Positions 10,896 to 24,119 of a stretch of DNA of 64,000 bases are shown piece by piece; within the stretch, counting starts at the first letter, position 1; each line of letters opens with the position of its first letter. The position numbers were made by a program, and so were the translations under genes. The notes below the pieces were generated by a model that saw nothing but the letters and a program-made list of their open reading frames with translations, was not told the origin of the DNA and ran no database searches. Source of the DNA: Nemertoderma westbladi (Eukaryota > Animalia > Xenacoelomorpha); NCBI GenBank assembly GCA_032718475.1, contig JAUCBJ010007025.1:6365-70364 (forward strand), read 5' to 3'.

Positions 10896-13561
10896 TTATA
10901 AAAATAAATGTTTGATATAAATGTCCATAGAATTTCCTCGTCTTCTATCTCCTGCTCTGATACGCTTTCCTTTTCTTCGCCCGTCTACTCTCATCGATCT
11001 ACAGTGCGGGTAGAGGAGCATCGTTGTCCGTCGCGAGCATTGCCGCAGCTTGCCTCCTGGCAGCCCTTCCTTGGCAGGGTAGCGAGATGATATCTGTTCA
11101 TCTCTCCAACTCGGTGTTGCGAGCCGCTTTAAACCACTCTCCATCTCCAAACGCTTCCTTGTACGAGTATAGACGTCTGATTATTTCGAAGGGACCAAAT
11201 AAACCAGCGCTCAGTAATAAATCCACATAGTGGAAAGGCAAGGTTGTTGTCGTATGGAGGCGTTCGGGGAACGAGAAATATCCGCATGCCATCTCTTGTG
11301 CGACATTTCGAGCACTTATATGCGCTCTGGTCTTTATATGGGTATTGGCGTATGTTTCGAACATAACCATATTCGCAATGGCCGTCGCGTCTTTAGTGGG
11401 ACACTTAATGTTGCATCGGGGGCTCGCGGTATGCCCACGGAAACCACACTTTGTACAGAGGTTATAGAGTGTTGGACAAACCGCTACATCATGGCCCGAT
11501 ATAGCGCAATAGGGATAATAGAGTATCCCAAGGATCTGGAAGCACGGTTCGGTGACCCGTTATTTCTTTCCGATGGACATTGATCCGAACCGCAGTTTCC
11601 ACAAACGTTGAGTTGCATTTCCCGGCCAAAAAAGATCGGGATTGGTACTCCGGCGTAGTACTCCAGTCGTCTATCTCTTTTTAGGATAATCGTAGTAACC
11701 GGGAGCCCACGGAACACTGCGCTGTCGCGGAGTAGGATCTCGCTCCGGTATCCTTCTTTGTAGTCCGCCGGACGCATCCCGGGCGCCCGTTTCTGACAGT
11801 GGATCCACTCCATTTGTTCCGCGTACCACCGAGTGAGTCTCATCAGATCTTGTGGAACGGAGGGTGCCGTCACCACAGCCGGTCGGTGAAGGGGTGCCGG
11901 GGCATTCGCCGAAGGAATCCCGAGGAGGTCTCCAGGGGTTGGAGCTATACTAGGACCCTTCGCAACCTGGATAGCTGAGCGGGTCCGCTGGGTACTGGTA
12001 CTTGGGATTTCCAACGACCAATCTTCTCCCCCCAGGAACGGATATGGAGACAGCCTCTGGCACGTGTCGCCAAAGTTGCTAAGTGCGAAGGTGGTGACTA
12101 ACTCTCTAACCGGACTACTGGAACCAAGCGGAGTGGTTACGCCTGCTTCCGTCGCAGGTTCAGCCTCGGCGATTCGCTTAGCGGCTGGTCCGTAAGCGAC
12201 TTCCGGTTCGAGTAGTCGTTTTGGGGTGGATAGCAAGACGCCTTCTTGTTTCCATAATTCCTCCCCTTCCGACAATATCAAGGGTTCCTCTGTGCCAAGG
12301 AGATCGGCAGTCGTTGGGATATCGAAAGGTCCATTATTATCCCAGGATGCGATAACGTTGTGCGTTTTGGTATCTCCTGGTGGGATATTCTCCACCGCCT
12401 TGAACGCGTGGTCGATTACTTCGTTCCATTCATAATCATCATTCCATTCATAATCAGTGAAGGATTTGGGGACCGCGTTAATAAGTTTATCGAGAGTCTT
12501 ACAGATGAACTTGGCAACTGTATATGATTCCATTGTGACGTTGATGAAGTTCTGTCGATCCGGCTCCTCCCATTTCTGGTGGATCGTCCACCTTCTCTCT
12601 AAGTCCCCCCAAAGATTGTCCCGTTCATTTTTTATCGCTAAGTCCGGATATGCACCGTATATCTTGTTATAGTCTGGTAACTTCTGCAGTTTAAAGTCCA
12701 AACCGCCATTTAACACCGCGAGGTAGCCGATACCAGATATCGTCTGTCTCACTTCTCTAAATCCACCCATTAATCCCAATCCACCGCAACCAGGCTAACA
12801 GGGTTTGGGTGTCGACGAAGTGGCTAATGGCGTTGATGTCCTCTCGACGATTCCTTCCAAAAGGAGCGTTAGCGTAGTCGTTCCGGATGTCCTCCTTTAT
12901 ATCCAACCCGATCTTAATAATATCGAAATCAAACAAAATCTGTTGGATCGCCGATGGTAGTAACAAGACCGCCCCGGCTGTCCGTAGTTCTTGTTGGGGT
13001 GTCGGGAAGATTCGACATATCAATACCAATCCATCTAGGGTTCCAAGGACGACGATTAGCGATCGACCATACTCCTTCGTCCCGTATTTCTCCTTATAAT
13101 CGTCACGGTTTTGGATGACTGCTATACGCTCCTCCCGCAGCGTCGCTGTACATTCCGCTAGGTTTCCGCAGTGGGCGAGATATGTACTCTTGTCGTCGAT
13201 GAAACTCTGACATCGCGCCATCGTAACTGCCTTCGGAATTGGCGTTGCGTTGCCCTCGTTGTCTTATATCAAGCACCAGGATTTGTAGACGCTTTGCCGG
13301 AACGTATCCCAGAACGACAACTCATCTCCTCCGGTTGCCTCAGCGTTCCGAATCATTTTCAGTCTCGTACTTGCATCGGACAACCGGAGCGCCTGCAGGT
13401 TACGGGTATCCGGTACTCCCTCCCGGAGAATTTAATGACTTCACATTCTCTTTCAACAGGGCATTCCATTTCGTATCAAAACTAGTAGATCCAGGTTGTG
13501 GATAGTCCAATAAATCAAGCGTGTTACGTAATTCGCCAAGAATCTGGCGATTCGGGTCCAT
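10896..13561 (-). pseudogene. Frameshifted accessory ORF: DEDD exonuclease-like domain plus CCHC knuckles (homolog of 42628-46881)
   Basis: Collinear blocks LPSAIQQILFDFDIIKIG..DIRNDY..FVDTQ; SGIGYLA..GLDFK..YNKIYG; CGNC..; YPYCAISGHDVAVCPTLYNLCTKCGFRGH (alternate frame near 11430-11520); FETYANTH..GYFSF. Confidence 0.85.
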
Positions 13562-14109
13562 AGTGTAAATTATGTCCGTTACAAATTAAATCAGTTAATT
13601 ATAAATCCAGAAAGTCTGATTCTATAGTGACTGCAGAATAATTCAGTTATTTATAATACAGTTAATATTATTGCGATATAGGCATCTACCATCTTATTGC
13701 TACTACATTCAGTATTTACAGTTACTATAGCTATACATTATTATCCAACCAGTTTTTTGACTTTTTATGTCCGCTTCTTTTTCAAATTCTTTTCCACTCT
13801 ACATTTTATACTTTTTTTTGTCTTTTTTATTTCACATTTCATTATTCATTCCACATTTCATTATTTCTTTCACATTTCATTATTTATTACATCATTACAT
13901 CATTTATTACACATTTCATCATTTCTTACACCATTTCATTGGGGTTATAGCCCCCCGGCTATCATCATTTGTTATAAGCGCAAACACCAGGGTGCGCATC
14001 ATCACATTTTCATCATCATACGCGTCATCATTCAGTTTATAGTTGAGTTATCTGTTCCTTTTCATCATTTCGTACTACATTCAACCATCTTCTTGGGAAA
14101 TTTTCGTTG

Positions 14110-14522
14110 TGGAGGGGGTGTTACGCGGCAATCTGGGATCTACAGCTGGACTCGTTACACTGCCTACGCCCCAAACTGCACACATAACGGAAAATGAAGA
14201 TGCTGGAAGTGAAGTCACGTGGAATGCACCAGGGACCCACCAGAATAACACCTCCAGAAACATAAAGCTCAGCCGACGAAGTCATGTGGGATGGGGTTAC
14301 GCAACATTCTGGGATCTACAGCTGGACTCGTTACACCGCCTACGCCCCAAAATCCACGTAACGGTCCCACCAGAATAACGCGGCTGAGGAACATAAAGTC
14401 TCTATCGACGAAGTCATGTGGAATGCACCATGGACCCACCAGAATAACGCGATAGAGGGGGTGTTGCGCGGCAATCCGGGATCTACAGCTGGACTCGTTA
14501 CACTGCCTACGCCCCGAACTGC
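14110..14522. repeat. Degenerate tandem repeat (period about 170 bp) in the integrase-ORF3 spacer of BEL family 2
   Basis: gggatctacagctggactcgttacac.gcctacgcccc x3 and cccaccagaataac x3. Confidence 0.85.
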
Positions 14523-14807
14523 GCACGCAATGGACAACACAATACAACACAATGGATACAATGAATTCCACTTCGAATCTTTACCGTTAAAGATAATCCA
14601 AGGTAGTTGGTCCTGATGACCAAAATCAGGGTGAACAAAACATAAACTACCCTGCGTCAGTCAAAACATCTGCAGGGTGAGGCTGAACTCCACATAACAC
14701 ACAAGGAAACACAAATACCATGCATGGTTATAGTTGGTTTAAGGGGGGGTCCATAATCATTGTCGGTAAATCACGTTTAAAGTGTTTGTCAACAGGATGG
14801 GAAGGGT

Positions 14808-15350
14808 TTAAACGGGTTTATCATTGTCACCAATGTCCGCAGCAGGATCCGGAGTAGGGAACTTATCACCTCTCATGGAGTCACCACTGCCATTGCCTTC
14901 GAGAAGGCACAGCCTCGGGATAGGGCGTTGGTAGTGGCCCTTTGCCGTTCGTATCGTCACTGTCCTCGCAAGTCCATCCTTGCTTGGTGTTATCTCCATG
15001 ACTCGCGCCACAGGCCAGTAGACGCGGTCTTTAAGGTCTTCTTTAACAAGTACCATGTCGAAAACTGCGACGTTCCGGTATGTGTTATTCCACTTCCTCC
15101 TGGTCCGGAGGGTTATGAGGTATTCCTGGGCCCAGATTCTCCACCAATGCGCTGCCAGCGCTTGGGCCTTCTTCCAGTTCTGGTGTCTCGAGATATCATT
15201 GGGATCTGGGAACATTGCCTCCGGAAGGATGTTGGTCTTGGGTCTTCCGAGGAGATGGTTGGGTGTAAGGGGTTCTAGATCAGTTGGGTCATCGTGGATG
15301 GGAACGATTGGCCGGTTGTTCAAGGTGGCCGTAATTTCGCAGAATGTGGT
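14808..15350 (-). pseudogene. BEL/Pao integrase C-terminal region (5' truncated)
   Basis: LNNRPI..LEPLTPNHLL..WWRIWAQEYL..LRTRRKW..DMVLV..WPVARV..DGLARTV..RPIPRLCLLE. Confidence 0.92.
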
Positions 15351-15829
15351 GCTAAATAATGTGATAAATATTTTGCGATGGCAGAAATTATAAAGTGCTA
15401 ACTCGACAAGATTGTTACTTCTCATAAAAAGCAATGAATTAGTCCATTATGACTGCCATCATTTTCATACTAGGTTAGCACTACAGTATATTCAATTTAC
15501 TTTTAAAATATTATACTACTAACATTTACACAGCGCAGTTAGCACTATATTAACTTTACTATCAAAATGTTATACTGCTAACATTTACACACAAAGTTAG
15601 CACTACAGAGGATTCAGCCAATATAGTGATGCACACATGAGACGCTAGGGGGCGCATCGCAATTTACACATACACATGTCCGAGTTTGCAAAAACTTTAA
15701 AGTGCTAACAGCCAAACTGGAAGCAAATTTGGACCAATCATGGCTTTAGAATTCGTTTGGCAGGTTTGGTTAGCACTTTAAGTTAGCACTTTATCCTAAA
15801 AAGCTGCTGTGTAGTTAGACGTTTAGGGG

Positions 15830-18800
15830 TTCTACAAACACCTCCACATCAAACAACACCCCCTCCTCAACCAGCACTGGGCCACCCTAAACCAGCACTC
15901 TCCTCTCAAATAACACCCCCCTTACAAATACATATTTTCCAACAAACAGCCCCTTCGCAAAAATCAACCCCCTCACAACATATCCCTTCTTCACAAGCAA
16001 CGCCACCATCTCAAACAAGATTATCTTTACAACCAAAAACATCACCACAACAAACACACCAACTTCAACCAACACTCCATCCTCAGCCAACACCAACTTC
16101 TCAACCTACACTACTGTCACAACCAAAGCCCCCTTCTCATCCTGCCTCTCAGTCTCTTCCAGCATGTCCAGGCAGCAAAATAACAGATTTCTTCCATAAA
16201 CTACCCAACTTAACAACCCCAACCACTGGCTGCTCTGAAATCACTTCATATAAGGTTCAAGATCATACAGCAACTGTAGATGCTGAAGTCTACGAGTGTT
16301 ACCCAAATAACACCCAACCCATCCCGGCTAAAAATCTTAATACACCCATTAGGGAACACTTGAGTAAACTGACCATTATTCCACCAGGCATTGTCATTCC
16401 GCTTCCAAGTCATTAAAAAACACTAAGACCAAAATCTTGGCTGAGCGATACTGTAGTTTCGGGTTTCCTGTCATTATTGGAGCGGTCACTTCCATATACT
16501 GCTGCCATAAGTATTGACCTCAGCACAAAGCTTCTCACTCCACACTGTGATGAGCTTAGCGCCATACTTATCACAGAGATACATAGGGCGATATCAAAAT
16601 ACCCCACCTCAATTTTTATTCATCCCACAATGCCTTCGAGGACATTTTGTACTCCACATCGCAAATTGCATCAATAAAACCATCCACACACTGGATTCTC
16701 TAAAACCATCCATGCCAACCAAGACAACATTTGCTCTAGTATATTTACTAACAAAATAGACCAATGCAACCCCTGGACCAATTCAAATGGAGTCAATGCT
16801 AGTACCATGCACCCTATAGATATTATAAATGAGTCATGGACAGCTTCGGTCAATAACTCCCATTTCCCAAAACAAACAAACAGCTACGACTGTGGAGTAT
16901 ATGTTTGCCTATATGCGCTTGCTACAGCCATATCTCCAATCATTCACAATAGTGACACTGCTCGCCAATGGATAAGTGACTGTCTCAACAATATGAAGTT
17001 GGTAGAGCATGCTGACATCAAACTAGACGCAAATGACAACCCTATACAACCTGAAAATACATCACATACCCGAAATCATTAAAACATATAAATGAGGAAA
17101 CCAAAGAATCTGAAGGGTTCAGTTCCAAGTAAAATTGACATGCTCAAGCAAATTCTTAGAAATTCTCGAAAAGTAGCTCTGAAAATCCTGTCTGATAAAA
17201 ACCTTGACGAACTGTTGGAACTAATAAGTGTACTATTTGAACAAGTGAAGCCACTTATGACACCTTCACAGAATGTATCACTGAAATTAAAGCAGCATGC
17301 ATCTCGGCCTGATACATCTGGAGACATACTAGAGCTGTACAAATGCATTAATGAATCTAAATTCCTGGAGTCATGCAGAAAGCGACTATATAAGACAAAA
17401 GAAAATAATAACTTAGACACAATTGACTGTCTAAGAGCAGACCTACTGCATTCGGTTTCCAAGCTTCAATCACGCATCTGTATTATGGAGAAAGATATAT
17501 CAGCATTAAGAGAGAAGAATCAATCAATAACAGAAGAACTCCAACATGAGAGACACCAGCGCGTGTTATTAGAAGCTAGATCAAAAACACAGAGATCAAG
17601 TCAACAATCAACATAAATCCATTTACAACCCAGACCCAGACAGGATATCTAATGACACTCTAAACAGAGCTGACAAGATCACGTCATCACAATCATCACC
17701 AGCATATGTGAGTGTTTTATCTAAAAGGAAACAACTCACAGCTAACCATATACTCAAACAACCATTACAAGAACCAGATTCCATATTATGTTCTAACAGA
17801 TATATTGTCTTGGAAGAAATACTTGATGATGACACTTCATCAGGTGAGAATGTACCAATAATATACCCATAATGTGTGAATCACCACTTAACTCTAATCA
17901 ACAGGGTGAAAAACTCACATCCAACGGAATAAGGGGCAAGAATCACAATTTAGGGGCCAAAAAGCAAGTCTCAATGTCCCTCTCACCTGTGAAAAGTGAC
18001 CCAGAAAGCAAAATGAAACCAATCAGTTCTAGAAATCAAGAAGGCAAAAGTGAAATAAATCCTTATGATAGCTCCTCAAGAAAAAAAGTCAAACCATTCA
18101 ATCAATATGATGGGAATCCATCTCAAGGTTCCAGGCATCTGTTTCCAGGATCTGTTTCCAGGCAGGAAAACAAATTCAAACAATAGGAATACTCTACAAC
18201 ATGCTGAATCACAAAAATTTGAAACAATTTTCGTAAATGGCATACACCGTGAAAATGAGGAGGAGGATATTCTAGACTACCTAAGCATCAAAGGGATTCG
18301 AGCAGGCAGAGTTACAACTAGGATTCATGGCAACTTCAAGAATATGAAAATTATGATACAACAGAACTGCTTGTGCTATGTGCCTTCGGATAACTTCTGG
18401 CCTTGTGGAATCATATGTACTGAATGGAAAAACCGCAGATCTGCATTCACTAATCAAGAACATAGCACTAAGTTTCCTTCATATCCATTAAGGCAGCGTC
18501 TTTAGCAAAAAATCATGGAAAAATCAATCCAGGTTATGCCAAATGGGAGGACTTTATCATCTACAGGCAGATTCAACGGCAGGTCTAATATCACCAGAAT
18601 CTAGCTCAACTGACATGCACTGTAAAACTGAGCGATTAGAAATGTCAACAAATGATGTTATCTATAGGAAAGTATATCTTGCAACTTAGAATAACCACAA
18701 ATTACTGCCGCGTGTTCAATGGAAATGCTCCATACATAACTGATCTACTGGAAGATTGTGATGTTTTAGGAATTCAATAACACTGGTTAGATGCACAGGA

Positions 18801-19266
18801 ATGTGAACTTTTTCGCAGAAATCTGCACACCGAGTTTGAAGTTGAGTTTACAGTCAGCAAACAAATGTCAAATCCACTCAGAAAAAGAGGAGTTGGTGGA
18901 ACAGCACTTTTCTACCGCAAAAACATTTTCAATGTCATAAATAAGTTTGAATCTGGTGGTGATATAACTGGTATTGTGACGAATGTCAAATCTCTCAATG
19001 TAAATCCCATTGCCCTAATTGCAAGATATGCTCCAGACAGTAGTGGTAAGGATGACCAAACATTTAGCTCTTTCCTGGGGAGATTGGAGGAAACTTTGAT
19101 GCATTTCAGTCATGCAACACCATTCATCATGATTGATGCTAATGCCGATATTGGCTCCAGTCAAGGACCACGGTGTAACCAACAACAACCAACAAAGCGT
19201 GGTAAAATGCTATTAAATTTTCTCACAGTTAACAAACATACAGCTGTTGATACCCTAGAATTATAG
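15830..19266 (+). mobile_element. Decayed non-LTR retrotransposon 5' half (CR1/L2/Jockey-group-like): ORF1 region with Ulp1 protease, coiled coil and RRM-like domain, then APE endonuclease
   Basis: Ulp1 motifs at 16420-16990; coiled coil 17092-17616; IFVNGI..ILDYL..FWPCGI..EW at 18065-18505; APE motifs DVLGIQ*HWL, GVGGTALFYRK, YAPD, DANAD at 18700-19266. Confidence 0.72.
16420..16990 (+). pseudogene. Ulp1/SENP (peptidase C48)-like domain, frameshifted
   Basis: TLRPKSWLSDTVV; FLFIPQCLRGHFVL..IHTLDSL; PKQTNSYDCGVYVCLYA (His, Asp, Gln and Cys in canonical order across three frames). Confidence 0.8.
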
Positions 19267-22013
19267 CCGCTATAGAAAGGTGAGCTTTGCAAAACCGATC
19301 GCAAGCAATATGGCACTCTCTCCAAGGGATAATCAACTCAAACAAAAGCTTACTATCGTCGAACGAGAAATTGTAGGCCTAACGTGTGCAACGTCTTTCG
19401 CTTATTGTTTTTTTATTAGAATAATACGCCGCTGTAACCTGATCCATTGAGTGTTAACATTATTAACTCGCTGGATAGATTGATTAAATTACAAATCCCT
19501 GTTACAATCCCTGTCAATTTACGTCAATTCCTACTAACAATCCCCTTCCATGTTTCAAATTTTAGGCGCTCCAACCAAATACTAAATAAAGCACTGAATA
19601 ACATGCGTTAATGTTTACCTTAATTTGAAATCATATATTATTATTTTTTTACATACTGTATATATATATATATAGTTTGATAATAGATAGTTTATATATA
19701 TTAAAGATATAAACTGATATTGTTCTTCAGTGTTATATACGTGGCTCATGGCTCTGCTCTACATATTATGTGATATTGGTTAGGAGTAGAAGGGGCCATT
19801 ATTTGGTAACAGCTTGGCAATTATTACAATGAGATGACGTGCCATTGTGCAGCCGTAGTGACATAGGCGTATAAGAATAGAATTCTCCCAATATAGTCAA
19901 GATTTTCACTCCTATTTCATTAATTTGCTACGTTATTTAATAATTATTATCTTACTAAGATAATAGAGCGATATTTGTGTGTAATTAATATATTATATAA
20001 GTTTAAAAAACATGTTAAATTGTGTTGCATTTGGATTAAACGGTAGTATAATTAATTAATCAATTATCTTCTATGCTGATAAAAAGACTTTGTTTTGCAA
20101 ATAAGTTCGTTTTCAATAAATAGTAATATATTTTGGATAGCATAATAGAATAAACCATAACAATTCCCACCTCCCACCCCTACCTAATTTATTCAAATTG
20201 CAATGAAAATTTTACGAAATTGGGTATGTTAATTGTTTAATCCAGTTTCTCACACTTGAATTTGTCCAAATTAGAACTACTTAATCATCTCCATTGGCTA
20301 TGTTATTCTTTTTTGGGTTATATTCCATCTTTTAATTTGCAATAATTAAGTAAATAATATTGGTATATAATATTAATGTAAACATTAAATCTCTCATGTG
20401 CTTTTAATACCTGAAACTGATTTTTATCGTTGCAACTTTAAATTGGCAATTAAATCAATCAATCAATCAAACATATATTTTTTACTGATACGGTATTTGA
20501 ATTAACGTATACATTTACCTGTGCGTTAGTTAGTTGTTGTTGTCTTTCATACAATAGCTCAAGTAGCTACATATATCAAACCCCAAGGTAATCTAATCCC
20601 TTCACTGACAACAACTGTCATTGATCACTTCCATGTGTTGTGTAGGCCTACAGTTATAGTACACTGAGCTGTAGTACACCAACTCACCAAAAAGCGTCTT
20701 AAATTCCAATAATTAATGTATTTTTACGGCTAGTTGATTACTGTATAGGTCTACATTTTACATTAATATATTATTATACTGTACATTATATACTGTATTT
20801 ACAATAGCTTTAAAAGTTTGTCTGAAATTAAATAGGCCAATGATGTTTTTAAGATATTTTAAAGAAATTATGATAAATTTAGTGGGTTGTAGACAATAAA
20901 ATATGTATCTTTTTTGTTTTCTTTTCACTATCCTAAAGGGTGGGCGGGGGGGGGGGGGGGGGGGGTATCACAGACAGACAGACAGACCAGATTCCACCAA
21001 ATATTAAAAAAGAAAGTCAAAAATGAAATCAGCGACCCCCGAACTGAAAATTTTAGCTCTGTGGTGTGCTTCCTTCATGCCAGAAATTATTTACCAGCTA
21101 GACGTCAGACAGCCATTTTTTCGCGGAAAGGTTTAAACTTTGAAGGAAATTATCTCGGAATGACTTTTTTCATCCAATTGTTTTCATTTTTTGCTCATTC
21201 GAACGAGCTTTGGCAGACCTTTAAATGATATATTAATTAATATAAATTTTAATTAAAAATGTGATTACTTATTAATTTAATTAATTACTGTAATTAATTT
21301 AAATAAAAATGGCTAATTAAAAATTATATAAAATAAGTTTTGTAGATTCGATGGCCCTGAGTCCGTAAGAAGTTGGTTTTAACAAATTTGGACCAAGATT
21401 GACTAGTCTTAGTGTTTTTCATGAAATCTTTAATTCCACCGCCATCCTCTAGGTGGAAGTATAAAATTTTCGTATAGAGCTTCCATCTTAAGCTTCTGTT
21501 ATCTATATACAGTATCTATAGGAATAAATTAGTATTCCTATTTTTCAGTCCTTCCGTAATAATATAGAAATTATGAATACAACTGCAAACATACTTGTTA
21601 GGCAGTAGTGCTCCACAATATTAAATAATATTATCATTTTTAACCTTACTCCCAGTAATTCAACTGGTCCTCATTATGAATCACGCCTTACGAAATTATT
21701 TACATTATTTACATTTATATTTACATTTACATTATGTTCTGCTTAATTCTTTAAACTGGATACTTCCGCTACTTTAAAAAATATGCTGTAATTAATTGGA
21801 CCTAATTAGAAATTAAATGTGGCGCCGATTTTCATTAAATTTGCCAAAAATCATTAATTTAAAATATAGTTTAACAGGCATGTTAGAAATAAATTTGAAT
21901 AACTAAATTAATGTATTGCTATGTATAGAAATAATGTATGATTTTATTTAATGATTTAATATAATTCTTTAGAATTAATTTTTTTAATTAAATTTAAATG
22001 AAAAACTTATAAA

Positions 22014-22333
22014 ATGTATAACTTATATGTCATCACCGTTGTTATAGTGCTGCTGTCGACATCCCAATCAACAAAGTCTGAATTCCAAGACTCCATGATG
22101 ACTTTACTAATAGAAAGTAAATCTTCTATCTGTGTTTACGAAAACTTTAATGTGACTGGTAACTATTCCAAGGCCCTCTATACTATGGAGTATTCCGTTC
22201 TCAGGGGAGGTAATGTGGATATAGATGTACTCGTCGTAGACCCAAATATGGATGAAATTTACAAAAAATTCCGCGGCAACAATGACACTGTTGAGTTCCA
22301 TGCAATAAACGGTGAATATTCATTTTGTTTTAG
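22014..22333 (+). CDS. p24/TMED (TMED3/TMED7-like) cargo receptor, exon 1: signal peptide and GOLD domain
   Basis: Hydrophobic N-terminus, C-x-YE, EYSVLRGGNVDID..DP..GEYSFCF; donor AG|GTGAG at 22334. Confidence 0.9.
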
Positions 22334-22689
22334 GTGAGATATTTACAGCTCTTGTCTCTTAGCAACATAAGGTACCGTACTATTAATAAATTAAATATTT
22401 TTAGCAATATATATTAGAAACTTCAATAATAACAGGAACTTTAATGATTTAACAAAATATTACATGGAAGAAAATATAGTGCTTTAACCACAAGATGATA
22501 GACGGAGATATACAGTAGGCCAATAATTCACCATGGATTCTGGGGAGGTTAATCGGATCATTAGGGAAATAAAACTATTTTATTTTCATTCATTGTACTT
22601 TTTATTATTCACACGACTTTCCCTTTCGCTTTCCTTTTCCTTGTGGAGGAATTTACTATACGAAACTGACTTATCCCCCTCATCGTGCC

Positions 22690-24105
22690 AGTGGAGTAGA
22701 TGGTGTTCCCCCTGAGGTCTTTAAAATACCTGAGTGTTTAAAGCTCATCTATCCCATCATAGTAGACATGTACCGAACAACAAGAGTCCCACAAGAAATG
22801 AAAACAAATAAGTTGGTGCCAGTTCCCAAGAAGGGCAACCTAACACTCTATGGTTCTTTTCGGGGAATCTCATTGATCTCGATTGCTGCAAAGCTATACA
22901 ATAGGATTCTATTAAATCGCATCAGGGATCCCATTGAGAGACTGCTCCGTGGAAATCAGAATGGGTTCCGTAAAGGTCGTGGGACCATGGAGCCCATTTT
23001 GGCACTTAGAAGGATAATTGAAGAATTATCAAAAAAGAAAGACAGGCATCTGGCTGTTATCTTTGTTGACTTCTTCAAGGCCTTTGATTCAGTCTCTCGC
23101 TCACGTATGTTCAGCATACTTTCATTATATGGGATTCCTGATGAAATTATTGCAGCAATCAGATCAGTATACGATGGTTCGACAACATTTGTGTCTACTG
23201 TTGACGGTGACACAGAACCATTTGAAGTGTTATGGGGCGTCCTCCAAGGAGACACACTTGCACCATTCTTGTTCATTATTGTGGTTGACTATGTTCTACG
23301 CATGTCCTTAGATCATCATAATGATGATGGGGTGATGATAACTCCACCTACTGGCTCCAAAAGTCGAGGAAATCCTGCCAACTACCTAACTGATCTAGAC
23401 TTTGCTGATGACTTAGGAGTACTCTCAGAATCATTAGAGGGAGACCAACGGCTCCTCAGCTCATTAGAACATGCTGCTTCTAGTGTTGGTCTTTTTATTA
23501 ACTCCAGAAAGACCAAAATTCTGACCGTTAACTTTGAAAGTCCTCAGCAAGTCTCTGATCGGATGAGCATAAGCTCAAAGGATCTTATGCTTGAGCATGT
23601 GGACGACTTCTGTTACCTGGGATCATGGATCCGGAAGTCAGGTGAGGACCTTCGAATACGTAAGGGAAAGGCATGGACAGCCTTGAATAGGCTTTCCAGG
23701 ATTTGGAAATCACCGAGAATTAATCGGAAACTTAAGGTCCGATTATTTAGAGCAGCAGTAGTTCCAGTACTCCTCTACGGGAGTCCATGCTGGGCTCTAA
23801 CTGCTGAGGACACCAAATCTCTGGATGGCACATTCACAAGAATGCTACGCCGGGTTCATTGTGTCAAGTACAATGCACACATCTCCAACCAGACACTATA
23901 TAACATTGGTGAATAAGCATGGTGGACAGCCCATGACTTTCTTGAGACGCATCTTAAAGGACACTGGTCTTAAAGATGTGGATGATCTAGCAAATGTCAT
24001 GGGTGATAGGGAGTTGTGGCGGTGCAATTTTGTTGACAAGCCGGCACAGCATTCTTAAAAATGCAGCTGCAATGCAGCATGCCGATCCTAGTAGTAGTAG
24101 TAGTA
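22690..24105 (+). mobile_element. 5'-truncated RTE-like LINE (reverse transcriptase ORF 22768-23916) in TMED intron 1
   Basis: PVPKKG..RGISL, QNGFR, FVDFFKAFDSV, GVLQGDTLAP, DFADD, YLGS; (TAG)n tail at 24089-24105. Confidence 0.88.
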
Positions 24106-24119
24106 TATTTAATTATATG

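Larger units (their letters stand above)
9376..15350 (-). mobile_element. 5'-truncated BEL/Pao element of a second, divergent family: integrase C-terminus, spacer, accessory exonuclease/zinc-knuckle ORF, PPT, 3' LTR
   Basis: BEL integrase tail at 14808-15350; ORF3 homolog at 10896-13561; G-run PPT (TGGGGGGGAC) directly before TGTTTGCAG at 10765. Confidence 0.82.

Noticed and set aside
13697-14197. His/Phe/Ile-rich membrane-like ORF
   Set aside because: Arises from a low-complexity CATTT tract antisense to the element
14110-14522. Repeat-spacer pattern resembling a CRISPR array (also 9750-10452 and 35015-35282)
   Set aside because: The intervening sequences are themselves repeated, the units are long and degenerate, no cas genes are present, and the context is eukaryotic
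20914-21470. ORF with poly-Gly and (CAGA)n
   Set aside because: G homopolymer and microsatellite in a probable non-coding interspersed repeat; no domain, and boundaries cannot be defined
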